A DNA stretch of 64,000 nt from Squalus acanthias (lineage: Eukaryota): the NCBI GenBank assembly GCA_030390025.1, contig JASTWF010000324.1, positions 310,001-374,000 on the forward strand, read 5' to 3'. The position numbers and the translations under genes were made by a program. Below, one piece after another: positions 34,501 to 45,780 of the stretch. The notes below the pieces were generated by a model, which was not told the DNA's origin, ran no database searches, and saw only the letters and a list, made by a program, of their open reading frames with translations. Positions within the stretch are counted from its first letter, which is position 1, and the number at the start of each line of letters is the position of its first letter.

Positions 34501-37500
34501 ATCAGAGACTGAGAGAGAATCAGAGAGACAGAGAGAGAATCAGAGAGACTGAGAGAGAATCAGAGACTGAGAGAGAATCAGAGAGACTGAGAGAGAATCA
34601 GAGACTGAGAGAGAATCAGAGACTGAGAGAGAATCAGAGACTGAGAGAGAATCAGAGAGACTGAGAGAGAATCAGAGAGACTGAGAGAGAATCAGAGACT
34701 GAGAGAGAATCAGAGAAAATGAGAGAGAATCAGAGAGACTGAGAGAGAATCAGAGACTGAGAGAGAATCAGAGAGACTGAGAGAGAATCAGAGAGACTGA
34801 GAGAGAATCAGAGAGACTGAGAGAGAATCAGAGACTGAGAGAGAATCAGAGACTGAGAGGGAATCAGAGAGACTGAGAGAGAATCAGAGAGACTGAGAGA
34901 GAATCAGAGAGACTGAGAGAGAATCAGAGACTGAGAGAGAATCAGAGACTGAGAGAGAATCAGAGAGACTGAGAGAGAATCAGAGAGACTGAGAGAGAAT
35001 CAGAGAGACTGAGAGGGAATCAGAGACTGAGAGAGAATCAGAGACTGAGAGAGAATCAGAGACTGAGAGAGAATCAGAGAGACTGAGAGAGAATCAGAGA
35101 CTGAGAGAGAATGAGAGACTGAGAGAGAATCAGAGAGACTGAGAGAGAATCAGAGACAGAGAGAGAATCAGAGAGACTGAGAGAGAATCAGAGAGACTGA
35201 GAGAGAATCAAAGAGACTGAGAGAGAATCAGAGAGACTGAGAGAGAATCAGAGAGACTGAGAGAGAATCAGAGACTGAGAGAGAATCAGAGAGACTGAGA
35301 GAGAAACAGAGAGACTGAGAGAGAATCAGAGACTGAGAGAGAATAAGAGAGACTGAGAGAGAATCAGAGAGACTGAGAGAGAATCAGAGAGACTGAGAGA
35401 GAATCAGAGACTGAGAGAGAATCAGAGAGACTGAGAGAGAATCAAAGAGACTGAGAGAGAATCAGAGACTGAGAGAGAATCAGAGACTGAGAGAGAATCA
35501 GAGAGACTGAGAGAGAATCAGAGAGACTGAGAGAGAATCAGAGAGACTGAGAGAGAATCAGAGAGACTGAGAGAGAATCAGAGACTGAGAGAGAATCAGA
35601 GACTGAGAGAGAATCAGAGACTGAGAGAGAATCAGAGAGACTGAGAGAGAATCAGAGACTGAGAGAGAATCAGAGAGACTGAGAGAGAATCAGAGACTGA
35701 GAGAGAATCAGAGAGACAGAGAGAATCAGAGAGACTGAGAGAGAATCAGAGAGACTGAGAGAGAATCAGAGACTGAGAGAGAATCAAAGAGACTGAGAGA
35801 GAATCAGAGAGACTGAGAGAGAATCAGAGAGACTGAGAGAGAATCAGAGAGACTGAGAGAGAATCAGAGAGACTGAGAGAGAATCAGAGACTGAGAGAGA
35901 ATCAGAGAGACTGAGAGAGAATCAGAGAGACTGAGAGAGAATCAGAGAGACAGAGAGAATCAGAGAGACTGAGAGAGAATCAGAGAGACTGAGAGAGAAT
36001 CAGAGACTGAGAGAGAATCAGAGAGACTGAGAGAGAATCAGAGAGACTGAGAGAGAATCAGAGAGACTGAGAGAGAATCAGAGAGACTGAGAGAGAATCA
36101 GAGAGACTGAGAGAGAATCAGAGAGACTGAGAGAGAATCAGAGAGACTGAGAGAGAATCAGAGACTGAGAGAGAATCAGCGAGACTGAGAGAGAATCAGA
36201 GAGACTGAGAGAGAATCAGAGAGACTGAGAGAGAATCAGAGAGACTGAGAGAGAATCAGAGAGACTGAGAGAGAATCAGAGACTGAGAGAGAATCAGCGA
36301 GACTGAGAGAGAATCAGAGAGACTGAGAGAGAATCAGAGACTGAGAGAGAATCAGAGACTGAGAAAGAATCAGAGAGACTGAGAGAGAATCAGAGACTGA
36401 GAGAGAATCAGAGAGACTGAGAGAGAATCAGAGAGACTGAGAGAGAATCAGAGAGACTGAGAGAGAATCAGAGAGACTGAGAGAGAATCAGAGAGACTGA
36501 GAGAGAATCAGAGAGACTGAGAGAGAATCAGAGACTGAGAGAGAATCAGAGAGACTGAGAGAGAATCAGAGACTGAGAGAGAATCAGAGAGACTGAGAGA
36601 GAATCAGAGAGACTGAGAGAGAATCAGAGAGACAGAGAGAATCAGAGAGACTGAGAGAGAATCAGAGACTGAGAGAGAATCAGAGAGACTGAGAGAGAAT
36701 CAGAGACTGAGAGAGAATCAGAGAGACTGAGAGAGAATCAGAGACTGAGAGAGAATCAGAGAGACTGAGAGAGAATCAGAGAGACTGAGAGAGAATCAGA
36801 GACTGAGAGAGAATCAGAGAGACTGAGAGAGAATCAGAGACTGAGAGAGAATCAGAGAGACTGAGAGAGAATCAGAGACTGAGAGAGAATCAGAGAAACT
36901 GAGAGAGAATCAGAGAGACTGAGAGAGAATCAGAGAGACTAAGAGAATCAGAGACTGAGAGAGAATCAGAGACTGAGAGATAATCAGAGACTGAGAGAGA
37001 ATCAGAGACTGAGAGAGAATCAGAGACTGAGAGAGAATCAGAGACTGAGAGAGAATCAGAGAGACTGAGAGAGAATCAGAGAGACTGAGAGAGAATCAGA
37101 GAGACTGAGAGAGAATCAGAGAGACTGAGAGAGAATCAGAGAGACTGAGAGAGAATCAGAGAGACTGAGAGAGAATCAGAGAGACTGAGAGAGAATCAGA
37201 GAGACTGAGAGAGAATCACAGAGACTGAGAGAGAATCAGAGAGACTGAGAGAGATTCATAGAGACTGAGAGAGAATCAGAGAGACTGAGAGAGAATCAGA
37301 GATTGAGAGAGAATCAGAGACTGAGAGAGAATCAGAGAGACTGAGAGAGAATCAGAGACTGAGAGAGAATCAGAGAGACTGAGAGAGATTCAGAGAGACT
37401 GAGAGAGAATCAGAGAGACTGAGAGAGAATCAGAGATTGAGAGACAATCAGAGACTGAGAGAGAATCAGAGACTGAAATAGAATCAGAGACTGAGAGAGA

Positions 37501-40500
37501 ATCAGAGACTGAGAGAGAATCAGAGAGACTGAGAGAGAATCAGAGACTGAGAGAGAATCAGAGAGACTGAGAGAGAATCAGAGAGACTGAGAGAGAATCA
37601 GAGAGACTGAGAGAGAATCTGAGAGACTGAGAGAGAATCAGAGACTGAGAGAGAATCAGAGACTGAGAGAGAATCAGAGAGACTGAGAGAGAATCAGAGA
37701 GACTGAGAGAGAATCAGAGACTGAGAGAGAATCAGAGAGACTGAGAGAGAATCAGAGAGACTGAGAGAGAATCAGAGACTGAGAGATAATCACAGAGACT
37801 GAGAGAGAATCAGAGACTGAGAGAGAATCAGAGAGACTGAGAGAGAATCAGAGAGACTGAGAGAGAATCAGAGAGACTGAGAGAGAATCAGAGAGACTGA
37901 GAGAGAATCAGAGAGACTGAGAGAGAATCAGAGAGACTGAGAGAGAATCAGAGAGACTGAGAGAGAATCAGAGACTGAGAGAGAATCAGCGAGACTGAGA
38001 GAGAATCAGAGAGACTGAGAGAGAATCAGAGAGACTGAGAGAGAATCAGAGAGACTGAGAGAGAATCAGAGAGACTGAGAGAGAATCAGAGACTGAGAGA
38101 GAATCAGCGAGACTGAGAGAGAATCAGAGAGACTGAGAGAGAATCAGAGACTGAGAGAGAATCAGAGACTGAGAAAGAATCAGAGAGACTGAGAGAGAAT
38201 CAGAGACTGAGAGAGAATCAGAGAGACTGAGAGAGAATCAGAGAGACAGAGAGAATCAGAGAGACTGAGAGAGAATCAGAGAGACTGAGAGAGAATCAGA
38301 GAGACTGAGAGAGAATCAGAGAGACTGAGAGAGAATCAGAGACTGAGAGAGAATCAGAGAGACTGAGAGAGAATCAGAGACTGAGAGAGAATCAGAGAGA
38401 CTGAGAGAGAATCAGAGAGACTGAGAGAGAATCAGAGAGACTGAGAGAGAATCAGAGAGACTGAGAGAGAATCAGAGACTGAGAGAGAATCAGAGAGACT
38501 GAGAGAGAATCAGAGACTGAGAGAGAATCAGAGAGACTGAGAGAGAATCAGAGACTGAGAGAGAATCAGAGAGACTGAGAGAGAATCAGAGAGACTGAGA
38601 GAGAATCATAGATTGAGAGAGAATCAGAGAGACTGAGAGAGAATCAGAGACTGAGAGAGAATCAGAGAGACTGAGAGAGAATCAGAGACTGAGAGAGAAT
38701 CAGAGAAACTGAGAGAGAATCAGAGAGACTGAGAGAGAATCAGAGAGACTAAGAGAATCAGAGACTGAGAGAGAATCAGAGACTGAGAGATAATCAGAGA
38801 CTGAGAGAGAATCAGAGACTGAGAGAGAATCAGAGACTGAGAGAGAATCAGAGACTGAGAGAGAATCAGAGAGACTGAGAGAGAATCAGAGAGACTGAGA
38901 GAGAATCAGAGAGACTGAGAGAGAATCAGAGAGACTGAGAGAGAATCAGAGAGACTGAGAGAGAATCAGAGACTGAGAGAGAATCAGAGAGACTGAGAGA
39001 GAATCAGAGACTGAGAGAGAATCAGAGAGACTGAGAGAGAATCAGAGACTGAGAGAGAATCAGAGAGACTGAGAGAGAATCAGAGACTGAGAGAGAATCA
39101 GAGAGACTGAGAGAGAATCAGAGAGACTGAGAGAGAATCTGAGAGACTAAGAGAGAATCAGAGACTGAGAGAGAATCAGAGACTGAGAGAGAATCAGAGA
39201 GACTGAGAGAGAATCAGAGAGACTGAGAGAGAATCAGAGACTGAGAGAGAATCAGAGAGACTGAGAGAGAATCAGAGAGACTGAGAGAGAATCAGAGACT
39301 GAGAGAGAATCGCAGAGACTGAGAGAGAATCAGAGACTGAGAGAGAATCAGAGAGACTGAGAGAGAATCAGAGAGACTGAGAGAGAATCAGAGAGACTGA
39401 GAGAGAATCAGAGAGACTGAGAGAGAATCAGAGATTGAGAGAGAATCAGAGAGACTGAGAGAGAATCAGAGAGACTGAGAGAATCAGAGACTGAGAGAGA
39501 ATCAGAGAGACTGAGAGAGAATCAGAGAGACTGAGAGAGAATCAGAGAGACTGAGAGAGAATCAGAGAGACTGAGAGAGAATCAGAGAGACTTAGAGAGA
39601 ATCAGAGAGACTGAGAGAGAATCAGAGAGACTGAGAGAGAATCAGAGACTGAGAGAGAATCAGAGACTGAGAGAGAATCAGAGACTGAGAGAGAATCAGA
39701 GAGACTGAGAGAGAATCAGAGAGACTGAGAGAGAATCAGAGAGACTGAGAGAGAATCAGAGAGACTGAGAGAGAATCAGAGAGACTGAGAGAGAATCAGA
39801 GACTGAGAGAGAATCAGAGAGACTGAGAGAGAATCAGAGAGACTGAGAGAGAATCAGAGAGACTGAGAGAGAATCAGAGACTGAGAGAGAATCAGAGACT
39901 GAGAGAGAATCAGAGAGACTGAGAGAGAATCAGAGAGACTGAGAGAGAATCAGAGACTGAGAGAGAATCAGAGAGACTGAGAGAGAATCAGAGAGACTGA
40001 GAGAGAATCAGAGAGACTGAGAGAGAATCAGAGACTGAGAGAGAATCAGAGACTGAGAGAGAATCAGAGAGACTGAGAGAATCAGAGACTGAGAGAGAAT
40101 CAGAGAGACTGAGAGAGAATCAGAGAGACTGAGAGAGAATCAGAGAGACTGAGAGAGAATCAGAGAGACTGAGAGAGAATCAGAGAGACTGAGAGAGAAT
40201 CAGAGACTGAGAGAGAATCAGAGAGACTGAGAGAGAATCAGAGAGACTGAGAGAGAATCAGAGACTGAGAGAGAATCAGAGAGACTGAGAGAGAATCAGA
40301 GAGACTGAGAGAATCAGAGAGACTGAGAGAGAATCAGAGACTGAGAGAGAATCAGAGACTGAGAGAGAATCAGAGAGACTGAGAGAGAATCAGAGAGACT
40401 GAGAGAGAATCAGAGACTGAGAGAGAATCAGAGAGACTGAGAGAGAATCAGCGAGACTGAGAGAGAATCAGAGAGACTGAGAGAGAATCAGAGAGACTGA

Positions 40501-41550
40501 GACAGAATCAGAGAGACTGAGAGTGAATCAGAGAGACTGAGAGAGAATCAGAGACTGAGAGAGAATCAGAGACTGAGAGAGAATCAGAGAGACTGAGAGA
40601 GAATCAGAGAGACTGAGAGAGAATCAGAGAGACTGAGAGAGAATCAGAGACTGAGAGAGAATCAGAGACTGAGAGAGAATCAGAGAGACTGAGAGAGAAT
40701 CAGAGACTGAGAGAGAGTCAGAAAGACTGAGAGAGAATCAGAGAGACTGAGAGCGAATCAGAGAGACTGAGAGAGAATCAGAGACTGAGAGAGAATCAGA
40801 GAGACTGAGAGAGAATCAGAGAGACTGAGAGAGAATCAGAGAGACTGAGAGAGAATCAGAGACTGAGAGAGAATCAGAGAGACTGAGAGAGAATCAGAGA
40901 GACTGAGAGAATCAGAGAGACTGAGAGAGAATCAGAGAGACTGAGAGAGAATCAGAGAGACTGAGAGAGAATCAGAGAGACTGAGAGAGAATCAGAGACT
41001 GAGAGAGAATCAGAGACTGGGAGAGAATCAGAGAGACTGAGAGAGAATCAGAGAGACTGAGAGAGAATCAGAGAGACTGAGAGAGAATCAGAGACTGAGA
41101 GAGAATCAGAGAGACTGAGAGAGAATCAAAGAGACTGAGAGAGAATCAGAGACTGAGAGAGAATCAGAGAGACTGAGAGAGAATCAGAGACTGAGAGAGA
41201 ATCAGAGACTGAGAGAGAATCAGAGAGACTGAGAGAGAATCAGAGACTGAGAGAGAATCAGAGAGACTGAGAGAGAATCAGAGAGACTGAGAGAGAATCA
41301 GAGACTGAGAGAGAATCAGAGAGACTGAGAGAGAATCAGAGAGACTGAAAGAGAATCAGAGACTGAGAGAGAATCAGAGAGACTGAGAGAGAATCAGAGA
41401 GACTGAGAGAGAATCAGAGAGACTGAAAGAGAATCAGAGACTGAGAGAGAATCAGAGAGACTGAGAGAGAATCAGAGAGACTGAAAGAGAATCAGAGACT
41501 GAGAGAGAATCAGAGAGACTGAGAGAGAATCAGGGAGAATCAGAGAGACG
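31560..41550. repeat. GA-rich 18/20-bp satellite, block 3 (array edge)
   Basis: Same unit; decays into non-repetitive sequence at ~41530-41580. Confidence 0.99.
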
Positions 41551-42177
41551 GAGAGAAAGGAGAAATTGATGGAAATCAGTGAGCGACCGAAAGGATAAAA
41601 CTAAAAATGAGTGGATTCAGCAGAGAACAGGAGGCGGAACAAAGTGTGAGAATGATTGGTGAGAGTGTTGAATTGAGGAAGTGCTCACACAGCCTGAGAA
41701 CGAGAGACGGACACAATCTTTAGCAGACAGTGAAAACACAGCAACAGACAGACAGAGGGAAGTGAAAATAATCCGTTGGGAGCTGAGTCAATTTTCAAGG
41801 ACAATATAACAGAATTTTTTTAATCTCTTAAACATGGATAAATTAGTGGGAGACTGACAGCTGATCTATCACACAGACAAACTGCACAGAGAACAGACGC
41901 TTCGCTGGAGGACTGTGCTGGCTAATTTAATATTCTAATAGAATTCAAACACTCTTTAAACTAACAGGACTAACAACTCCATCATGTAACGCAAGAGAGA
42001 TTATGAGACACTGTACGTATAATGCCGAATCAGATCAGATCATAAAGCAGCCATGCTGCTTAGACAATTAAAGAGCAGCTCGCTTGTTAGCTCATTATCC
42101 AAGCATTTTGTTTGCATCTTTCTGTTGTGTCACTTTTTTTTGCCTGCTTTTAGTTTCCTCACAACATGTTTCTTTCT

Positions 42178-42257
42178 CAGCCCTGGCTCAGTGGGCAGCA
42201 CTTTCTCACCTCGGAGTCAGAAGGTCTTGGGTTCAAGTCCCACCCCAGAGACTTGTG
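42178..42257 (+). mobile_element. tRNA-derived SINE 5' fragment
   Basis: Box A TGGCTCAGTGG and box B GGTTCAAGTCC; homologous to the head of the SINE at 44367-44749. Confidence 0.75.
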
Positions 42258-42336
42258 GCAACCCTGTCTGATTTCCCCCTCTCTAACCCAGCGACACGAT
42301 GGCTGCACAGACTCGGCTTGGAATCTCCTGAGTGTG

Positions 42337-42729
42337 GGAGATTAAGGGGCGCTCCAATCGAGGTGTTTAAGATGATGAAAGTATTTGATAATGTAGATAC
42401 AGAGAGAAACTATTTCCTCTGGTGGGGGGAGTCCAGAACAAGGGGGCAGAACCTTCAAATTAGAGCCAGGCCGTTCAGGGGTGATGTCAGGAAGCACTTC
42501 TTCACACAAAGGGTGGTGGAAATCTGGAACTCTCTCCCCCAAAAAGCTGTTGAGGCTGGGGGTCAATTGAAAATGTCAAAACTGAGATTGATGTATTTTT
42601 GTTGGGTAAGGGTATTAAGGGTTATGGAACCAAGGCGGGTCAGTGGAGTTGAGACACAGGTCAGCCCTGATCTCATTGAATGGCAGAACAGGCTCGAGGG
42701 GCTGAGTGGCCTCCTCCTGTTCCTATGTT
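42337..42729 (+). mobile_element. CR1 LINE 3' fragment
   Basis: Translation RLRGAPIEVFKMMK...RKHFFTQRVVEIWNSLPQKAVEA (CR1 ORF2 C-terminus) followed by the CR1 3' UTR. Confidence 0.9.
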
Positions 42730-42800
42730 TCAGCTGCAATGCCCAAACTGCAATCAGCTAACCTGGGATTCCTCCTGGGGTGTGTCCTTCAGTTACACTT

Positions 42801-42895
42801 TAGAATCAGGGAATCATACAGCACAGAAGGAGGCCCTTTGGCCCATGCTCGCTCTTTGGTAGAACGATCCAATTAGTCCCACATCACCAGCTCTA
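42801..42895 (-). mobile_element. CR1 extreme 3' end remnant
   Basis: TAGAATC...ACAGCACAGAAGGAGGCC matches the 3' end of the CR1 at 45697. Confidence 0.65.
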
Positions 42896-42918
42896 TACAA
42901 ACAACAGCTGAATTCCTG

Positions 42919-44330
42919 CATCCCATCACTGTGTGGGGGAGTCGGTGATCCAGACCCACATCCCATCATTGTGTGGGGGAGTCGGTGATCCAGACCCACA
43001 TCCTATCACTGTGTGGGGGAGTCGGTGATCCAGACCCACATCCCATCACTGTGTGGGGGAGTCGGTGATCCAGACCCACATCCCATCACTGTGTGGGGGA
43101 GTCGGTGATCCAGACCCACATCCCATCACTGTGTGGGGGAGTCGGTGATCCAGACCCACATCCCATCACTGTGTGGGGGAGTCGGTGATCCAGACCCACA
43201 TCCCATCACTGTGTGGGGGAGTCGGTGATCCAGACCCACATCCCATCACTGTGTGGGGGAGTCGGTGATCCAGACCCACATCCCATCACTGTGTGGGGGA
43301 GTCGGTGATCCAGACCCACATCCCATCACTGTGTGGGGGAGTCGGTGATCCAGACCCACATCCCATCACTGTGTGGGGGAGTCGGTGATCCAGACCCACA
43401 TCCCATCACTGTGTGGGGGAGTCGGTGATCCAGACCCACATCCCATCACTGTGTGGGGGAGTCGGTGATCCAGACCCACATCCCATCACTGTGTGGGGGA
43501 GTCGGTGATCCAGACCCACATCCCATCACTGTGTGGGGGAGTCGGTGATCCAGACCCACATCCCATCACTGTGTGGGGGAGTCGGTGATCCAGACCCACA
43601 TCCCATCACTGTGTGGGGGAGTCGGTGATCCAGACCCACATCCCATCACTGTGTGGGGGAGTCGGTGATCCAGACCCACATCCCATCACTGTGTGGGGGA
43701 GTCGGTGATCCAGACCCACATCCCATCACTGTGTGGGGGAGTCGGTGATCCAGACCCACATCCCATCACTGTGTGGGGGAGTCGGTGATCCAGACCCACA
43801 TCCCATCACTGTGTGGGGGAGTCGGTGATCCAGACCCACATCCCATCACTGTGTGGGGGAGTCGGTGATCCAGACCCACATCCCATCACTGTGTGGGGGA
43901 GTCGGTGATCCAGACCCACATCTCATCACTGTGTGGGGAGTCGGTGATCCAGACCCACATCCCATCACTGTGTGGGGGAGTCGGTGATCCAGACCCACAT
44001 CCCATCACTGTGTGGGGGAGTCGGTGATCCAGACCCACATCCCATCACTGTGTGGGGGAGTCGGTGATCCAGACCCGCATCCCATCACTGTGTGGGGGAG
44101 TCGGTGATCCAGACCCACATCCCATCACTGTGTGGGGGAGTCGGTGATCCAGACCCACATCCCATCACTGTGTGGGGGAGTCGGTGATCCAGACCCACAT
44201 CCCATCACTGTGTGGGGGAGTCGGTGATCCAGACCCGCATCCCATCACTGTGTGGGGGAGTCAGTGATCCAGACCCACATCCCATCACTGTGTGGGGGAG
44301 TCGGTGATCCAGACCCACATCCCATCGTTG
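42919..44330. repeat. 40-bp minisatellite CATCCCATCACTGTGTGGGGGAGTCGGTGATCCAGACCCA, ~35 copies
   Basis: Near-perfect head-to-tail copies with no spacers. Confidence 0.98.
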
Positions 44331-44366
44331 TGCGGGAGGGATCGTAGGCACATGCCCTGGAGAGGC

Positions 44367-44749
44367 AGACTTGCATTTCTGTAGCGTCTTTCATGAACTC
44401 AGGACGTCCAAAAGCACTTGATCAGCCAATGAAGCACTTTTTGACAGCACTGTGATAATGATCAAATCGCCTGTTTTAGTGATAAATATTGGCCAGGACA
44501 CCGGGGAGAACTCCCCTGCTCTTCTTCGAAATCGTGCTATGGGATGTTTTACATCCACCTGAGAGAGCAGACGGGACCTCGGTTTAACGTCTCACCCAAA
44601 AGCTGGCACCTCCAGACAGTGCAGCACTCCCTCAGCACTGCACTGGAAGTGTCAGCCTAGGTTTATGCTCAAGTCTCTGGAGTGGGATTTGAACCCACGA
44701 CCTTCTGACTCAGAGACGAGAAAGCTACTCACTGAGCCACGGCTGACAC
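44367..44749 (-). mobile_element. tRNA-derived Deu-domain-type SINE (SacSINE1-like), nearly complete
   Basis: Minus strand GTGTCAGCCGTGGCTCAGTGAGTAGC...GGTTCAAATCC head, core CTCTCAGGTGGATGTAAAACATCCCAT...GGTGTCCTGGCCAATATT and LINE-like tail. Family name is from recall. Confidence 0.8.
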
Positions 44750-44763
44750 TAGCTGTCAAAGTA

Positions 44764-44884
44764 GAAAAAGAAAGAAAGACTTGTATTTCTATAGCGCCTT
44801 TCACAACCTCAGGACGTCCCAAAGCGCTGTCCAGCCAATGACGTACTTCAGAAATGCAGTGGGTGTAGAAAATGCGACAGCCAA
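44764..44884 (-). mobile_element. 3' tail of a second SINE of the same family
   Basis: GAAAGAAAGACTTGTATTTCTATAGCGCCTTTCACAACCTCAGGACGTCCCAAAGCGC parallels 44367-44420. Confidence 0.7.
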
Positions 44885-45780
44885 GATAAAGGCTGGCTAG
44901 ATGTGACATCGCCCTACCAACAAGCTTTTTCTTGTATCTGATCTGGGAGTATGCGAGGGGCATTCGAAGAGCCTCCACCAGCTCTGGGAGCAGGCCGACT
45001 GTGAGCTCCAGCATTGGCTATTCTGAGCATCACTCGGAACTGGCTTCATTCTAGCTGCAGAATGGCTGAGGCTGACAGCCAACGCTGCCTCTTTGGGATG
45101 ACACATTGTGAGCTGGCACGCCACAGCCCGCAGTCACTCTCAGAACCAACTGTCACCCACTGCACGCCAGGCCAGTGCGGGGAGTTTGTTCCTGATTAAC
45201 CGTGGAGACCCTTGCAGGCAGGAACCTATTAAAAAATATCTTCAGGCTCCTGCGCGATGTGGAAAGGTTTTATTGAAATAAAATATAGAAACATTTTGTC
45301 ACTGGTGCCGCTGCCTCTATTAATAATTACGCATCTCATGAGAGTGAGTTATAATATGCTTTTAACATCAGCTTCAAGTAAGGTTCATGAAATAACAAGC
45401 AGATTTCATCACTTATTACCCTGCCAACTCTTTTATCTTCTCTTGTCATTTTGTCGCTTATAGAATTCCTTTAATGTTTAATATATCTGCTCTTTCTTGG
45501 CCTCTCTGTCTGTCTCTCCCACTTCTCATCTTCCTATCTCTTTTCTACTTTTCTACCAGTGTTCAGACTTACCCTTAGATTCCCACCCACTCTAGCCCAG
45601 GAATTCCATCTTTTTACACCCATCTCCTCCCTGCTGTCTCCAAGCTCATCTCATCCCAGAGATCCATCCTCCTGCTTTCTTAATTCCCTCCTCACTCATA
45701 GAATCATAGAATGGTTACAGCACAGAAGGAGGCCATTTGGCCCGTCGAGCCCGTGCCGGCTCTCTGCAAGAGCACTTCAG

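Noticed and set aside
42178..42257. tRNA gene
   Set aside because: A/B boxes continue into SINE body sequence matching 44367-44749; no convincing cloverleaf or terminator.
42919..44330. CRISPR-like array
   Set aside because: Repeats are head-to-tail with no unique spacers, no cas genes, and the context is eukaryotic. The same applies to the 28-bp and 67-bp arrays.
44897..45199. Host exon in unique GC-balanced sequence
   Set aside because: No recognisable protein and no convincing splice-site pair; the minus-strand frames I translated contain stops.
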